Notes under the pieces: generated by a model
Told to the model about the DNA's origin: nothing
Database searches by the model: none
Seen by the model: the letters and a program-made list of their open reading frames with translations, nothing else
Shown: positions 30,230 through 40,655 of the stretch, in pieces
Layout: the number at the start of each line of letters is the position of its first letter
Numbering within the stretch: the first letter of the stretch is position 1
Program-made: the position numbers and the translations under genes
From: Acidobacteriota bacterium
GTDB taxonomy: Bacteria > Acidobacteriota > UBA890 > WLXD01
Direction of reading: 5' to 3'
DNA length: 64,000 nucleotides
Assembly (NCBI GenBank): GCA_963666055.2
Contig: CAXWPH010000012.1
Location: forward strand, 160,001-224,000

Positions 30230-31018
30230 ATGCTTTCACGATCGATCCGAGTCGCCCTGGCGCTCGTGTTCGTCTTCTCGGCTGCTGCGGCGTTCGCACA
30301 GCAGGGCGGGCGCGGCGCCGCCAACCTCCCGAACCCCATGACCGCCTTCGTCGACTTCACCGTCGATCAGCTCATTGTCCGCGGCGGCAGGCTGTGCCCG
30401 ACTCCGAACAAGGTGAAGGCGGTGTTCCTCGGCGGTGACCCGCTGACGGTCATCTCTAGCCGCGAACGGCTGATGATTCTCGCCTTCGACCGCAGGCTCA
30501 TCGAGTTCGGCGTCTCGCACCTGCTGTCGATCCGCTGCGATGGCGGCCAGGAAGAGCAGTTCGAGGTCTATATCGAGCGGGCCGGGAAGCAGGGGCCGAC
30601 GGGTGACACCGGTGCAACGGGGCCGGCAGGTCCACAGGGTGTGCCGGGCGGACCCGGTCCCGCCGGGCCTCCGGGTCCGGCAGGTCTACAGGGTGTGCCG
30701 GGCGGACCCGGTCCCGGAGGCAGCCTGACCCTCGAGACCGCCCAGGTAACCACGAACATCGCCGGTTTGAACGGTACGACTGCCACGGGCGGCACGGTCG
30801 GCGCCAGCAGCACCAACACCCTGTTGTGTCCCACACCGACTCGTCGGGTGATCGGGGGCGGTGTGCTGATCGATAACGCGGCCATCGGACAAAACGTCGA
30901 CTTGCAGGCAAGCTACCCGAGCGCCGCCAACGCCTGGACCGGGACGGTGACAAACAAGGCCACTGCCAACGTCGAAGGAGGTAGCTATACCGTTTACATC
31001 ATCTGCGCGGACGCCTAG
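30230..31018 (+). CDS. secreted collagen-like protein
   Basis: Signal peptide (AAAFA-Q), G-X-Y run [24 protein letters not shown]..., C-terminal CPTP...IGGG...YIICA domain; 40-bp internal duplication 30623/30677. Confidence 0.85.
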   Translation: MLSRSIRVALALVFVFSAAAAFAQQGGRGAANLPNPMTAFVDFTVDQLIVRGGRLCPTPNKVKAVFLGGDPLTVISSRERLMILAFDRRLIEFGVSHLLSIRCDGGQEEQFEVYIERAGKQGPTGDTGATGPAGPQGVPGGPGPAGPPGPAGLQGVPGGPGPGGSLTLETAQVTTNIAGLNGTTATGGTVGASSTNTLLCPTPTRRVIGGGVLIDNAAIGQNVDLQASYPSAANAWTGTVTNKATANVEGGSYTVYIICADA

Positions 31019-31533
31019 GCTCGGCGGCCTCCTTCATGGCTTCTCTACAAACCAGTGTGACAGGGGGCTTGCCCGGCGGCGGCTAACCATGCCGACGTTC
31101 CGCAGTTGCGCCGCGGCGCCCCTCACCCGACCCTCGCGAGGTTGCGCTACATACTCGGCGTGGTGTTCAACATCCTTGCATTGGGGCTACTCCTCCCCTA
31201 TCCGGCACCAGACTTGTCCTCAAGCTGCACCCGAGTCCCGAGCCCGGCAGCGGTCCGCTCTCGGGCAGATCGTGTACCAAAGGTAAACGACAGAAGCGCC
31301 GTGGCGCCGCTCAGCTGATCCGCGAACTGACGCCTTGTAACCCAGCGGAGCGCAGCCGGCTTTAACAACGTCGCGTCGGGGGCGAGCTCCAATAACCTCT
31401 TGTCAGCACCGATCCTATGAGTTACGAAAGTACCCAAACCCTTGGGCAAGGCTAACCTGGGCTGCCTTTCGAGTCAGACCAACCAAGGAGGCCTGCCGAA
31501 ATCCCACTTCGAACGCTAGTAGGGGAAGCTGCC

Positions 31534-31740
31534 GTGAAAGTAGATCGGTACACCAAGATCGTACTAACCATCATCGCCGCCGGCCTGTGGACGTTGATCC
31601 TCATGGCCGCCCTGTTTCCTCAGCCTGCCGTCGCCGGCATCGGTCTTGCGGGTGGCGGAGAAGAACAGCTCAGCATCACGGGCCTCGGCGGTTCTGAAAA
31701 CCCACTCCACATCGACCTCACCTGCCACGGCTGCCGATAG
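31534..31740 (+). CDS. small membrane/secreted hypothetical protein
   Basis: MKVDRYTKIVLTIIA TM start, AGGGG RBS, C-terminal CHGC. Confidence 0.65.
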   Translation: MKVDRYTKIVLTIIAAGLWTLILMAALFPQPAVAGIGLAGGGEEQLSITGLGGSENPLHIDLTCHGCR

Positions 31741-31836
31741 GCCAACATCCGTGTAGAGCTTCCAGAGAGGGCTTCCTGCCTACTACGACAATGGCTAATA
31801 CCGAAGCCGAACCCTTTCGGAACAAGGAGGATTGAC

Positions 31837-31980
31837 ATGAGATCGTCTCTGCGTACCGTCGCAGTGTTGACCCTGATCGCGATTATTGCGGGCTGCTCGC
31901 CTGCCGCCGAGGAGGCAGCCTCGCCCGAAGCCGAGGTCGGCACCGCCACCACGCCAGAGACATCGCTGTACGAGCGGTGA
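31837..31980 (+). pseudogene. lipoprotein 5' fragment, probably a group I truncated hemoglobin
   Basis: AAGGAGG RBS; MRSSLRTVAVLTLIAIIAGC-SPAAEE...TSLYER*; SLYER(LGG) is the usual trHbN start. Not in ORF track. Confidence 0.5.
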
Positions 31981-32056
31981 TGTCGCGTCGGACACGCGGC
32001 CCGTAGCCACAGCCAGCGGCCGTGTGAGGCGCTCGTTCTCAACCAGGGAAAGCCTG

Positions 32057-33751
32057 ATGCAACATGATCGAAGAGCTTTTCTCAGGAACGCGTTCGCCGG
32101 CGCGGCAGTAGCGGGAGTGGGCGAGCTCGGTCTCTCGAACTCAAACGTCAGACGAGATCTGGCCTTCCTGCAGGCCGTTGACAGAATCGGTGATCAGGAG
32201 CGGAAGGAGCTCATCGCTGAAGCTCGATTCGGTCGAAAGACGCCTGCGCAGAGCCGGACGAGCATGGCGATCACCTCTCATCCGCTTGCCACGCGCGAAG
32301 CCGTCAATGTCCTGAAGTCGGGCGGCAACGCCTGCGACGCAGCGCTCTGCGTAGCCATCACGCAGACCGTCATCCAGCCACACCTGGTGGGTGTTACTGG
32401 GTATTTGACGTTGACGTACTACGACGCCGCGAGCGGCAAGACGATGTATGTCGATGGCAGTGCCAATGTACCGCTTCGAGCCGAGGAAGCTGACGCCACT
32501 CCCGAGAGCTGGGGGGGAGTTGGGGTGCCGGGGTTTTGGGCCGGTTTCGAGGAGTCACTCTCTCGTTTCGGTACGAAGTCGAAGAAAGAGCTCATGGCTC
32601 CGGCCATCCGCTACGCTCGCGAGGGGTTCGAGACCCATCCGTTCCTCTGGGGAGAGATCTTCATGGAGGCCGAGAAGATCGGCCGCTCCGATGCTGGGCT
32701 GAGGATCTACATGCCCGACAGCGCCATCCCCCGCCCGGGCGAGATGCTCTACCAGCTTGAGGCCGCGGATACGCTCGAACATCTGGTCGAGCGAGGTAAC
32801 GAATACTTCTACCGCGGTGATTTCGCCGAGGAGTTCTGCCGTATCTCCCACGAAGCCGGCCGCAACGTCACCCGCCAGGACATGGAGCGCTACGAGGCGA
32901 CGACCGAAGAAGCAGCTTCGAGCAACTACCGTGGATTCGAGGTACGCGCGCTGCCGATCGCCTACCGTGACTTCAAGGGCTACGCGCTGCCGGTGATTAC
33001 CGAGACCTTGGATGTTCTGGAGTTGCTAGATATCCCGGCGCAGGGCCCGCCCACGGAATCGCCCGACACCATGTACCAGATGATCCGCAGCCTGACGATC
33101 GTCGAGGGAGACTACCTCAGACAAGGTTCACGCGACCTCGACCCTGACGAGTTGGCGCGCCGGCGCCTCGAGCAACTGAACACTCAGGAAGTAGCGCCAG
33201 ACACGTTTCCCGACTCCCTGCCCGAAGACACCTGCGCCGTGACCGTTGCCGACGGACAAGGGAACGTCGCCTGCATGGTGCACTCGTCCAACCAGGCTCC
33301 TTTCGAGACCGGTCTGTGGGTGAAAGGCGTCAACCTGTGCTCTTTGCGGGTTTATGGTGGCAGTCCGGGCGAGCGGGGGCTCGTGGGCCCCGGCGGCATG
33401 GTCGTCTTCAAGGACGGGGCACCCTTTCTCGCCGGCGGGTCGCCGAGTCGGAGCCTCTCCCAGTGCATGCTCCAGAACGCCGTCAACATCATGGACTTCG
33501 CCATGCCGATCGAGGAATCGGTGAACCGTCCGCGCTACGGGAGCCCGGTCGGCGGCCGCGGCATCACGATCGAGAAGAACTACGACCAACGTGTCCGCGA
33601 GAGCGTGGAGCAGCGGGGTATTGACTTCGACGTCGTCAATCCCTGGAGTCTCTATCACGGCGCCTTCGAAGGAATCCACTTCGAACCGGGCTCAGGCAGG
33701 TTGACCGCCTGCGGCGATCCTCGCCGCTGCAGCAAGGCCGAGGGTCTATAG
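32057..33751 (+). CDS. gamma-glutamyltransferase-family Ntn hydrolase with Tat signal
   Basis: DRRAFL Tat motif; GGNACDAA, VGVPG, APAIRYAREGF, DTCAVTVADGQGN (Thr), DPRR. Confidence 0.9.
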   Translation: MQHDRRAFLRNAFAGAAVAGVGELGLSNSNVRRDLAFLQAVDRIGDQERKELIAEARFGRKTPAQSRTSMAITSHPLATREAVNVLKSGGNACDAALCVAITQTVIQPHLVGVTGYLTLTYYDAASGKTMYVDGSANVPLRAEEADATPESWGGVGVPGFWAGFEESLSRFGTKSKKELMAPAIRYAREGFETHPFLWGEIFMEAEKIGRSDAGLRIYMPDSAIPRPGEMLYQLEAADTLEHLVERGNEYFYRGDFAEEFCRISHEAGRNVTRQDMERYEATTEEAASSNYRGFEVRALPIAYRDFKGYALPVITETLDVLELLDIPAQGPPTESPDTMYQMIRSLTIVEGDYLRQGSRDLDPDELARRRLEQLNTQEVAPDTFPDSLPEDTCAVTVADGQGNVACMVHSSNQAPFETGLWVKGVNLCSLRVYGGSPGERGLVGPGGMVVFKDGAPFLAGGSPSRSLSQCMLQNAVNIMDFAMPIEESVNRPRYGSPVGGRGITIEKNYDQRVRESVEQRGIDFDVVNPWSLYHGAFEGIHFEPGSGRLTACGDPRRCSKAEGL

Positions 33752-33826
33752 CGGCACTAACGAAACGAACCTGGCTAGGCGCGCCTGCGTTGCGTGACTG
33801 TTGTACGACTTGGAGGCCAGACCGAG

Positions 33827-34675
33827 ATGGGAGTTCTTGAAGGCAAAGTCGCGGTAATCACGGGGTGCGGTCGGGCACGCGGAATGGGCGAGGCGTCGGC
33901 TCTCAAGCTGGCGCAGGAAGGCGCCGCGGTGGTCGTCACCGACATCTGCCACCCCTACGCCGAGGACCTCGGCGAACGCACGCCGGAGGCCAACTCGGTG
34001 CTCGGATCCAAGGCCCATCTCGACGACGTCGTCGAGGCGATCGGTGGCCAAGCCCTGGCCGTGTGCTGTGACGTTACGCGCCGCCACGACGTCGAGAACC
34101 TTGTTCGGGCAACCGTCGAGGCGTTCGGCCGACTCGACATCCTGGTGAACTGCGCCGCCACCACGGTGGGGACCGTGCCATTTCTGGAGATTCCCGAGCC
34201 GGCATGGGACAAGACCTTCGCGGTGAACGCCAAGGGGCCCTTCTATACCATGCGCGCCGCGATACCCGAGATGCGCAAGGTCGGGGGCGGCAGGATCGTC
34301 AACGTCGTGACGTCGTTCACCGGCGGGGCCGGATACGGCGCCTACATCGCCAGCAAGGCCGCGCTGTGGTCGATGACCGAGTCGGTTGCCCAGGAATTCG
34401 CGCCGGAACACATCCTGGTGAACTCGATCACGCCGGGCTGGGTGGCCACTCAGATGGGCGAGCACGAGCTGCAGTGGTACGCGAGCGTAAAAGGAACCTC
34501 GGTCGGGAAAGTCGAACGGCAGATCTCCGAGAGCATCCCCCGCGGGAGGCGCGCCGAGGGACTCGACATTGCCAACCTGATTCTGTTCCTGGTCTCGCCG
34601 CTGAACGACTATATCGTGGGACAGAACATCAAGATCGATGGCGGCTTCGACATGACGCGAGCGATGCAGCTTTGA
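33827..34675 (+). CDS. SDR family oxidoreductase
   Basis: TGCGRARGMG, DILVNCA, YIASK, VNSITPG, IDGG. Confidence 0.93.
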   Translation: MGVLEGKVAVITGCGRARGMGEASALKLAQEGAAVVVTDICHPYAEDLGERTPEANSVLGSKAHLDDVVEAIGGQALAVCCDVTRRHDVENLVRATVEAFGRLDILVNCAATTVGTVPFLEIPEPAWDKTFAVNAKGPFYTMRAAIPEMRKVGGGRIVNVVTSFTGGAGYGAYIASKAALWSMTESVAQEFAPEHILVNSITPGWVATQMGEHELQWYASVKGTSVGKVERQISESIPRGRRAEGLDIANLILFLVSPLNDYIVGQNIKIDGGFDMTRAMQL

Positions 34676-34698
34676 CGTTCACGGGACCCCGGCCGCGT

Positions 34699-36240
34699 CT
34701 ACCGAGGCGGCGTCGATGCCCGTTCGTCGGAACGGAGCGATTTCGTCAACGACACGGCCATCGCCACGCCGGCGAACAAAATCGGAAACGACGCCAGAAG
34801 CGCCGCCAGCCGTATGACCTGCAGGCCGCCGACGAACAACATGAACAGCGGCAACGCACCGAGCACTAGCGCCCAGAACAACCGGTGTACTCGACCCGGG
34901 TTCTCGGCCGCCTCGAGCTCCTGGGTCACCGTCGCGGCGATCGTGTAGGACGCCGAGTCATAGCTCGTGGCGGCAGACACTATGCTCACCACGGCCATGG
35001 TCGCCAGCGCCACGGCGCTTGCCGGGAGCGAGGCCAGGATCTTGGCCGTCGCCACGCTCATGCCCGCTTCGGCGAGGATGTCGCTCACCGGCAGGAGGCC
35101 CTCGAGCTCCAGAAAAAGCGCGTAGTTGCCCAGCACAAAGAAAAAGACCCAGCAGCCGGCGCTGCCCAGGCAGGTCATCCCCAGGATCACCTGGCGAAGC
35201 GTACGGCCACGCGAGATACGGGTCACGAAGGTGCCCACCACCGGCGCGAAGGCGATCCACCAAGCCCAGTAGAAGACGGTCCACGACTCCACGAAACCGG
35301 CATCCCGGACCGGATCCGTCCAAGTGAGCATGCGGACGAAGTTCGCCATCATGAATCCGAGCGTCTCGGTGGACAGCTTGAGGATAAACAACGTCGGCCC
35401 GACGACGAAGATGTAGGTTAGAAGAAGGCCGAACAGCACCACGTTCAGATCACTGAGCCGCTTGATACCCGACTCCAGGCCCAGGTACACGCTGGCACCG
35501 AACAGCGCCACGCAGACCGCCATCGCAAGACCCTCCAAGGCGAACGAGGTGGCGATGCCGAAGAGCTCGGCAACGGTCGCGGCGATCAAGGGGGCAATGA
35601 AGCCCAGCGAAGTGCCGGCGCCGCCGAGGATTCCGAGCACGGCGGCGAGGTTCACCAATCGGCCGAAGAGGCTCCGATGCGCGTCCGGCCCCAGCAGTCC
35701 GTAGCAGGCCGTGCTGGCGCATAGATGCGGTACCCGATTGACATAGAACGGGTAGGCGATCGCCACCGTCGGCAACGCGTAGATACACCACGCGACCACC
35801 CCCCAGTGGAACGGACCATAGGCAGTCGCCCAACTGAGGGCCTCGGCGGAACGAGGCTCTGCGCCGAAGGGCGGGTTGCTGTAATAGGCGACCCATTCCA
35901 CCGCCCCCCACGACAGCAACGCGGCCCCGGTTCCGGCACAAAACAACATACCAGCCCACGAGAATGTCGAGAAATCCGGCTCCTCGTGCTCGGCCCCCAG
36001 ACGCACCGATCCGAAGCGTCCAAACGCTAACCACGCCAAGAAGCCGATCACGCCAACGGCCAACCACTGGTACAGGAAGCCGAAGTTGCTCGTCAGAGCA
36101 TCGTAGAGCTCGGAGACGAAGGCACCCGCCCGCTCCGGCATGAGACCCAGGGGTATGCACGTGGAGCCCACCACCAGCAGCACGACTGCGAGCATGACGC
36201 GGTCGATCTGCGGCGCCGACGCACCGTCGGTGGAGTCCAC
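34699..36240 (-). CDS. BCCT family transporter
   Basis: SWAGMLFCAGTG, FHWG, WTVFYWAWWIAFAP, RISRGRT. Confidence 0.95.
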   Translation of the reverse strand: MDSTDGASAPQIDRVMLAVVLLVVGSTCIPLGLMPERAGAFVSELYDALTSNFGFLYQWLAVGVIGFLAWLAFGRFGSVRLGAEHEEPDFSTFSWAGMLFCAGTGAALLSWGAVEWVAYYSNPPFGAEPRSAEALSWATAYGPFHWGVVAWCIYALPTVAIAYPFYVNRVPHLCASTACYGLLGPDAHRSLFGRLVNLAAVLGILGGAGTSLGFIAPLIAATVAELFGIATSFALEGLAMAVCVALFGASVYLGLESGIKRLSDLNVVLFGLLLTYIFVVGPTLFILKLSTETLGFMMANFVRMLTWTDPVRDAGFVESWTVFYWAWWIAFAPVVGTFVTRISRGRTLRQVILGMTCLGSAGCWVFFFVLGNYALFLELEGLLPVSDILAEAGMSVATAKILASLPASAVALATMAVVSIVSAATSYDSASYTIAATVTQELEAAENPGRVHRLFWALVLGALPLFMLFVGGLQVIRLAALLASFPILFAGVAMAVSLTKSLRSDERASTPPR

Positions 36241-36427
36241 GGTTCGCTCCTTAGAGTCCCAGGTTGACGAAGAGAGACCCCGAAATCAGCACGGCTAGCG
36301 TCACTGACACCGCCACGCTCAGCACGGCATTGAAGAACAGCAGAAATACCTCGAGATTCGGTTGCATGCCCGCTTGCGTCCCCCGTCGTCATGACGTTGA
36401 TTGGCTCTGCACGAGCTCGGAGAATAC

Positions 36428-37435
36428 ATGGCAATAGACGTTGAGATGCAAGAGCCGGGCTTCGGCTCGCACAGCGAGTTCGGCCGGCTGCGCGAGGTGG
36501 TGGTCGGCATCGCCGACGGGCTGACTCTGCCGCCGTTCTCCAAGGATCTCAGTCACTACAACGAGCAACTGCGCGCCGCGCTGGTCAACAATGACGGCAA
36601 GCCGCTCGATATCAGGGCGGCCTTTCCTGAGCGTTGGCAAGCGACCCTCGATCAAATGAACGCCATCGCCGCGACCTATGAGCGATTCGGCATCACGGTG
36701 CATCGCGTGCGCCCCTATACGCCGGAGGAGACCCTCTACCTTGACCACCTGCAACGTGGCCATTCCCAGCTTTATGTCGCCGACCCGGTATTCGTTATCG
36801 GGAAGCACTACATAGAGGTTTCGATCCGGCGCGCCTATCGCCGCAAAGAGGTTTTCCCGCTGCGCGACCTGATCTTGCCGATGATCGAGGACGACCCCGA
36901 CGCCCATTACGTGGCCATGCCACCATCAGGCCCTTGGACACCGCCGCACGAAGGGCCGGGTCCGTTCCTGGAGGGCGGCGACATTCTGATCCACGGCCGG
37001 GATGTCATTGTCGGTGTCGGTGATCTGTGCTCGGACCGCGCGGGTGTCGGCTGGCTCGCCCGCTACATCGGAGGCTTCGATTACCGGGTGCACCGCATGC
37101 CGATCAAGGGCGGGATACTCCATGCGCTGGGCGTCATGTGCCTGCTGCGCGAGGGTCTGGTCATGGCCCATCTGCCAGCCCTCGAGGAGGGGCTACCGGA
37201 GCGACTCAGGGATTGGGAAGTGCTGGAAATCACACGCCAGGAAATGGACGCGCACGCCACCGTCGGCGTCAGCCTCGACGACAGCCATTACATGATCAAC
37301 CCACGATTCAGCCGAATCATGGACATCCTCGACAAGCATGGCATCGAGCCGGTTCCAACCCCATGCGACTCGATCGGCTTCTGGGGCGGCGCCATCCGGT
37401 GCATCACGTTACCGGTGAGACGAGATGCAGCGTGA
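36428..37435 (+). CDS. amidinotransferase / arginine deiminase superfamily (pentein) protein
   Basis: SEFGRLREVVVG, LEGGD, GGAIRCITLP catalytic Cys. Confidence 0.88.
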   Translation: MAIDVEMQEPGFGSHSEFGRLREVVVGIADGLTLPPFSKDLSHYNEQLRAALVNNDGKPLDIRAAFPERWQATLDQMNAIAATYERFGITVHRVRPYTPEETLYLDHLQRGHSQLYVADPVFVIGKHYIEVSIRRAYRRKEVFPLRDLILPMIEDDPDAHYVAMPPSGPWTPPHEGPGPFLEGGDILIHGRDVIVGVGDLCSDRAGVGWLARYIGGFDYRVHRMPIKGGILHALGVMCLLREGLVMAHLPALEEGLPERLRDWEVLEITRQEMDAHATVGVSLDDSHYMINPRFSRIMDILDKHGIEPVPTPCDSIGFWGGAIRCITLPVRRDAA

Positions 37436-37457
37436 GCACACAGGGTCGGGAGACGAG

Positions 37458-37967
37458 TTGAGCGAGACGGCTCCCCAGACCATCGACGACCAGCTCGCCG
37501 TTGATATCCTCGCCGCGGTCGAGGCCAGCTTCGAAGCGCAGACCATCTTTACCCAGGACCTGATCCGCCACCCATCGCTGCGCGGCCGGGAGCACACCTG
37601 TCAGGAATTCATCTTCCGGCAACTGGCGGCGCGCGCCACCCCGTTTCTGGCAAACAACCCACCTGAGGTCGAGTTCAACGGCTTCTTCGCCGAAGGTTAT
37701 GTGCTTGAAGAAGACTCCGACGCGGAACAGACGCTGACGCATGCCCATGTCAGAGCCTTCGGAACATCGCTGCAGAGCTTCGTTACGCCCGGCTACCTCG
37801 ACGGCCGCGTGTTCGTGCTCTATGACGATTGTCCGTGCCTCGTCTATGGCCCCTGCTCGGAGAACATCCACGCGTTCGATGAACGCGTCAGCCTGGCGTC
37901 CGTCAAACGGATCACCGGCACGATCGCACTGTTCATCGCCGAGTGGTGTGGCCTCGAGCCGGCTTGA
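37458..37967 (+). pseudogene. ArgE/DapE-family deacylase with large in-frame internal deletion
   Basis: N-term (DLIRHPSLRGRE) joined directly to C-term (NPPEVEFNGFFAEGY...YLDGR...YGP..IHAFDERV); metal-binding core absent. Confidence 0.8.
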
Positions 37968-38134
37968 CAAGCGACAACCCCGCACAACCTTCGCGCGACC
38001 CTGGCGAGCCACCCTCCTTGGATCGAGGGACGCTCTGACGATAGGCTTCAGGACGCGCTGCCGTTGCTGAGGCGGCGTAGGTTGACCGTCATCCGTTTCG
38101 ATGGCGCAGCTCGATCGTCCACGGAGGTAGGACT

Positions 38135-38974
38135 ATGACTCTTTGGGTTGCACCGTTGGCCGGCCTGATCGCCGCGATTCTCGGTCTCGGGCCGGCGCCG
38201 GCCGAGTCGCAGGTTGTCGCAACAACTGACTTGGACTACCGGCTTGACGCGGAGTACGAAGACCACCGAGACCTACTCGACGTCTATATGCCAGATCGTG
38301 CCGATCGTGTTCCGGTCATCGTCTTCTACCACGGTGGAGCCCTCCGCGCCGGGGACAAGAGCCAGGGAAAGGCGCTCGCCGACCGCTTCGTTCCAGCTGG
38401 GATTGGAGTGGTATCGGCCAACTACCGACTTTCCCCCCGAGTGATGCACCCCGCCCATGTCCAAGACGCTGCCGCGGCGTTCGCCTGGGTTGTGGAGAAT
38501 ATCGATCGCTACGGAGGTGATCCAAGCAACGTGTACGTTGCTGGCCATTCGGCTGGTGCCTACCTCGCCGCCCTCCTGGCGCTCGACGCCACCCATCTAG
38601 CCCAACATCATCTGGAGTTGAGCGCGATCCGCGGAACGATTGCAATCAGTCCGTTTCTCTACGTGGAGGAGACTGCTAGAGACCGGCCGAAGGACGTTTG
38701 GGGCGAGGATCCCGCCGCCTGGTCGAACGCGTCAGTCACGCCGCACATTGCCGCCGGAAAAGGGCCCATGCTGTTGATCTACGCCGATCACGACGCCGAA
38801 TGGCGCAGGCGGCAGAACGATAGCTTCGCTGAAGCCATGCGCGCCGTGGGGAGCAACGAGGTAGCCGTGATTGAGGTCCCAGACCGCGACCACCTCAGCC
38901 TCATCTCGAAGTTGAACGCGGAAGACGACCAGATCCGGGAAGCCGTTCACAGGTTCATGCATGATCGGCGCTAG
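38135..38974 (+). CDS. alpha/beta hydrolase (esterase, HSL-like), exported
   Basis: LDVY, HGGA, NYRLSP, GHSAG. Confidence 0.9.
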   Translation: MTLWVAPLAGLIAAILGLGPAPAESQVVATTDLDYRLDAEYEDHRDLLDVYMPDRADRVPVIVFYHGGALRAGDKSQGKALADRFVPAGIGVVSANYRLSPRVMHPAHVQDAAAAFAWVVENIDRYGGDPSNVYVAGHSAGAYLAALLALDATHLAQHHLELSAIRGTIAISPFLYVEETARDRPKDVWGEDPAAWSNASVTPHIAAGKGPMLLIYADHDAEWRRRQNDSFAEAMRAVGSNEVAVIEVPDRDHLSLISKLNAEDDQIREAVHRFMHDRR

Positions 38975-38996
38975 CGGGCCGTGGCGAAAATACGCC

Positions 38997-40151
38997 ATGA
39001 ACCGAACCACGCTCACGCTCTTCGCGCTGCTCTCCGCCCTCTCGGCTGATACCTCGAGTGTGGCGCAACAACTCGACCGCACCGCGCGCTTGATGGAGGA
39101 GCTCACCAACGCCCCCGGTCCGTCGGGATTCGAAGGCCCAGTGCGAGAGATCGTCGTGCGCGAGTTCGGGGAGTTGAACGCGGCGATCGAGTACGACGGA
39201 CTCGGCTCCGTCATCGCGACGCTGCCCGGTGCTGCTGAGGGGCCGCGCATCATGGTAACCGCGCACCTGGACGAAGTCGGCCTGATGGTGCAGCACGTGC
39301 GCCCCGACGGCTTCATCAAGTTCAAGACGCTGGGCGGCTGGCTCCGGCAAGCACTTCCGGACCAACGGTGGATGATCGTCGGCGCCAATGGGCCAGTGCT
39401 GGCGATAAGCGGCCTGCGGACGGTCCACGTAACACCGCAGAGCGAACGCAACCAAGTCTGGCCCCTCGAGCAGATCTTTCTCGACGTGGGGGCCGGATCG
39501 GCCGACGAGGTCGCGGCGATGGGAATCCGACCAGGAGATCCAATCGCGCCTTGGAGCCCTTTCGCGATGCTTCCCAACGACCGATACGCGGCCAAGGCCT
39601 GGGATGATCGAGTCGGCCTCGCGGTGATGCTCGAAGCGGCGCGGCGCATTACCGAGCGGAGCATCAGTTTGCCGAACCGGGTTTTCTGGGTGGCGACCGT
39701 GCAAGAAGAGATCGGTCTGCGCGGTGCGCAGACATCGGTGCCGATCGTCGATCCAGACCTTGGCATCTCGATCGAGGCTGGGGTCGCCGCCGACTACCCT
39801 GGAGCGCGGCCGGAGCAGGCACAGGAGCGACTCGGTGACGGTCCCGGCATTTTCCTGCTCGACAGCTCGATGATCCCCAACCAGAAACTGCGCAACTTCT
39901 TCTTTGACGTTGCCGATGAGGAGGGCCTCGACCTTCAAGCGGATGTGCTAACCGGTTACGGGGAAGACGGGGCCGAGATCCAGCGTTACGACACCGGACG
40001 GCCGTCGGTGAACATGACCGTGCCGACCCGTTACCTGCACGCGCATAGCGGCATCATCCAGCGTAGCGATTTCGATCAGGCGGTCGATCTGCTGATCGCC
40101 GTGCTAACCCGGCTCGATGCTACTACGGTGGAGCGGCTCAGCGCTTTCTGA
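38997..40151 (+). CDS. M42 family aminopeptidase
   Basis: SGFE, AHLDEVG, KAWDDRVG, VQEEIGLRGA, RYLH. Confidence 0.93.
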   Translation: MNRTTLTLFALLSALSADTSSVAQQLDRTARLMEELTNAPGPSGFEGPVREIVVREFGELNAAIEYDGLGSVIATLPGAAEGPRIMVTAHLDEVGLMVQHVRPDGFIKFKTLGGWLRQALPDQRWMIVGANGPVLAISGLRTVHVTPQSERNQVWPLEQIFLDVGAGSADEVAAMGIRPGDPIAPWSPFAMLPNDRYAAKAWDDRVGLAVMLEAARRITERSISLPNRVFWVATVQEEIGLRGAQTSVPIVDPDLGISIEAGVAADYPGARPEQAQERLGDGPGIFLLDSSMIPNQKLRNFFFDVADEEGLDLQADVLTGYGEDGAEIQRYDTGRPSVNMTVPTRYLHAHSGIIQRSDFDQAVDLLIAVLTRLDATTVERLSAF

Positions 40152-40226
40152 ACAGCGACCTCTTGTTGATGCATGGATTCGCACGCGCTTTCTAGCAACC
40201 GGCTGATACCAAACAAGGAGAACATC

Positions 40227-40655
40227 ATGATTCGCAAATACGGTCTTGTGGTTGGGGTGGCGGCTCTTGCGTTCGTTGCCGGCATGTCGGTCACCGCGGC
40301 GACCACGGTGGCGGCGCAGAGCAACCAGATCTACGAGCTCCGCATCTACACCACGGCCGAGGGCCGCCTGCCAGCGTTGCTTGAACGTTTCGGGGGAGGC
40401 GAGCTCGAGCTGTTTCACAAGCAAGGCATGACCAGCGTCGGCTATTGGGTGCCGGATGACGCGCCGGGCTCGGACAACACGATGATCTACATGCTCGCGC
40501 ATGACAGTCGCGAAGCTGCGGCGGAGTCGTGGCAAGGATTTTTTGACGATCCCGACTGGGAGAGGATGCGTGAAGCGTCGGTTGCGGACGGACCCATCGT
40601 GACGGATGTCGAGTCGACGTTCATGAACCCGACCGATTTCTCACCCGCCAGGTAG
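40227..40655 (+). CDS. NIPSNAP family protein, exported
   Basis: IYELRIY, VGYW, PTDFSP; AAGGAG RBS; signal peptide. Confidence 0.9.
   Translation: MIRKYGLVVGVAALAFVAGMSVTAATTVAAQSNQIYELRIYTTAEGRLPALLERFGGGELELFHKQGMTSVGYWVPDDAPGSDNTMIYMLAHDSREAAAESWQGFFDDPDWERMREASVADGPIVTDVESTFMNPTDFSPAR

Larger units (their letters stand above)
28259..31740. mobile_element. decayed integrative element at tRNA-Leu (distal boundary not found)
   Basis: int + xis + iteron-like repeats + small ORFs + collagen-like cargo; no second att copy seen. Confidence 0.6.

Noticed and set aside
31232-31249. CGAGTCCCGAGCCCGGCA, 15/18 match to the tRNA-Leu 3' end, as second att site
   Set aside because: Inverted relative to the tRNA, whereas att sites are direct repeats; likely chance in GC-rich DNA.
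31978-31983. TGA-TGT after SLYER as a second Sec codon
   Set aside because: No redox motif context, no clear SECIS, and the read-through peptide is short and featureless.
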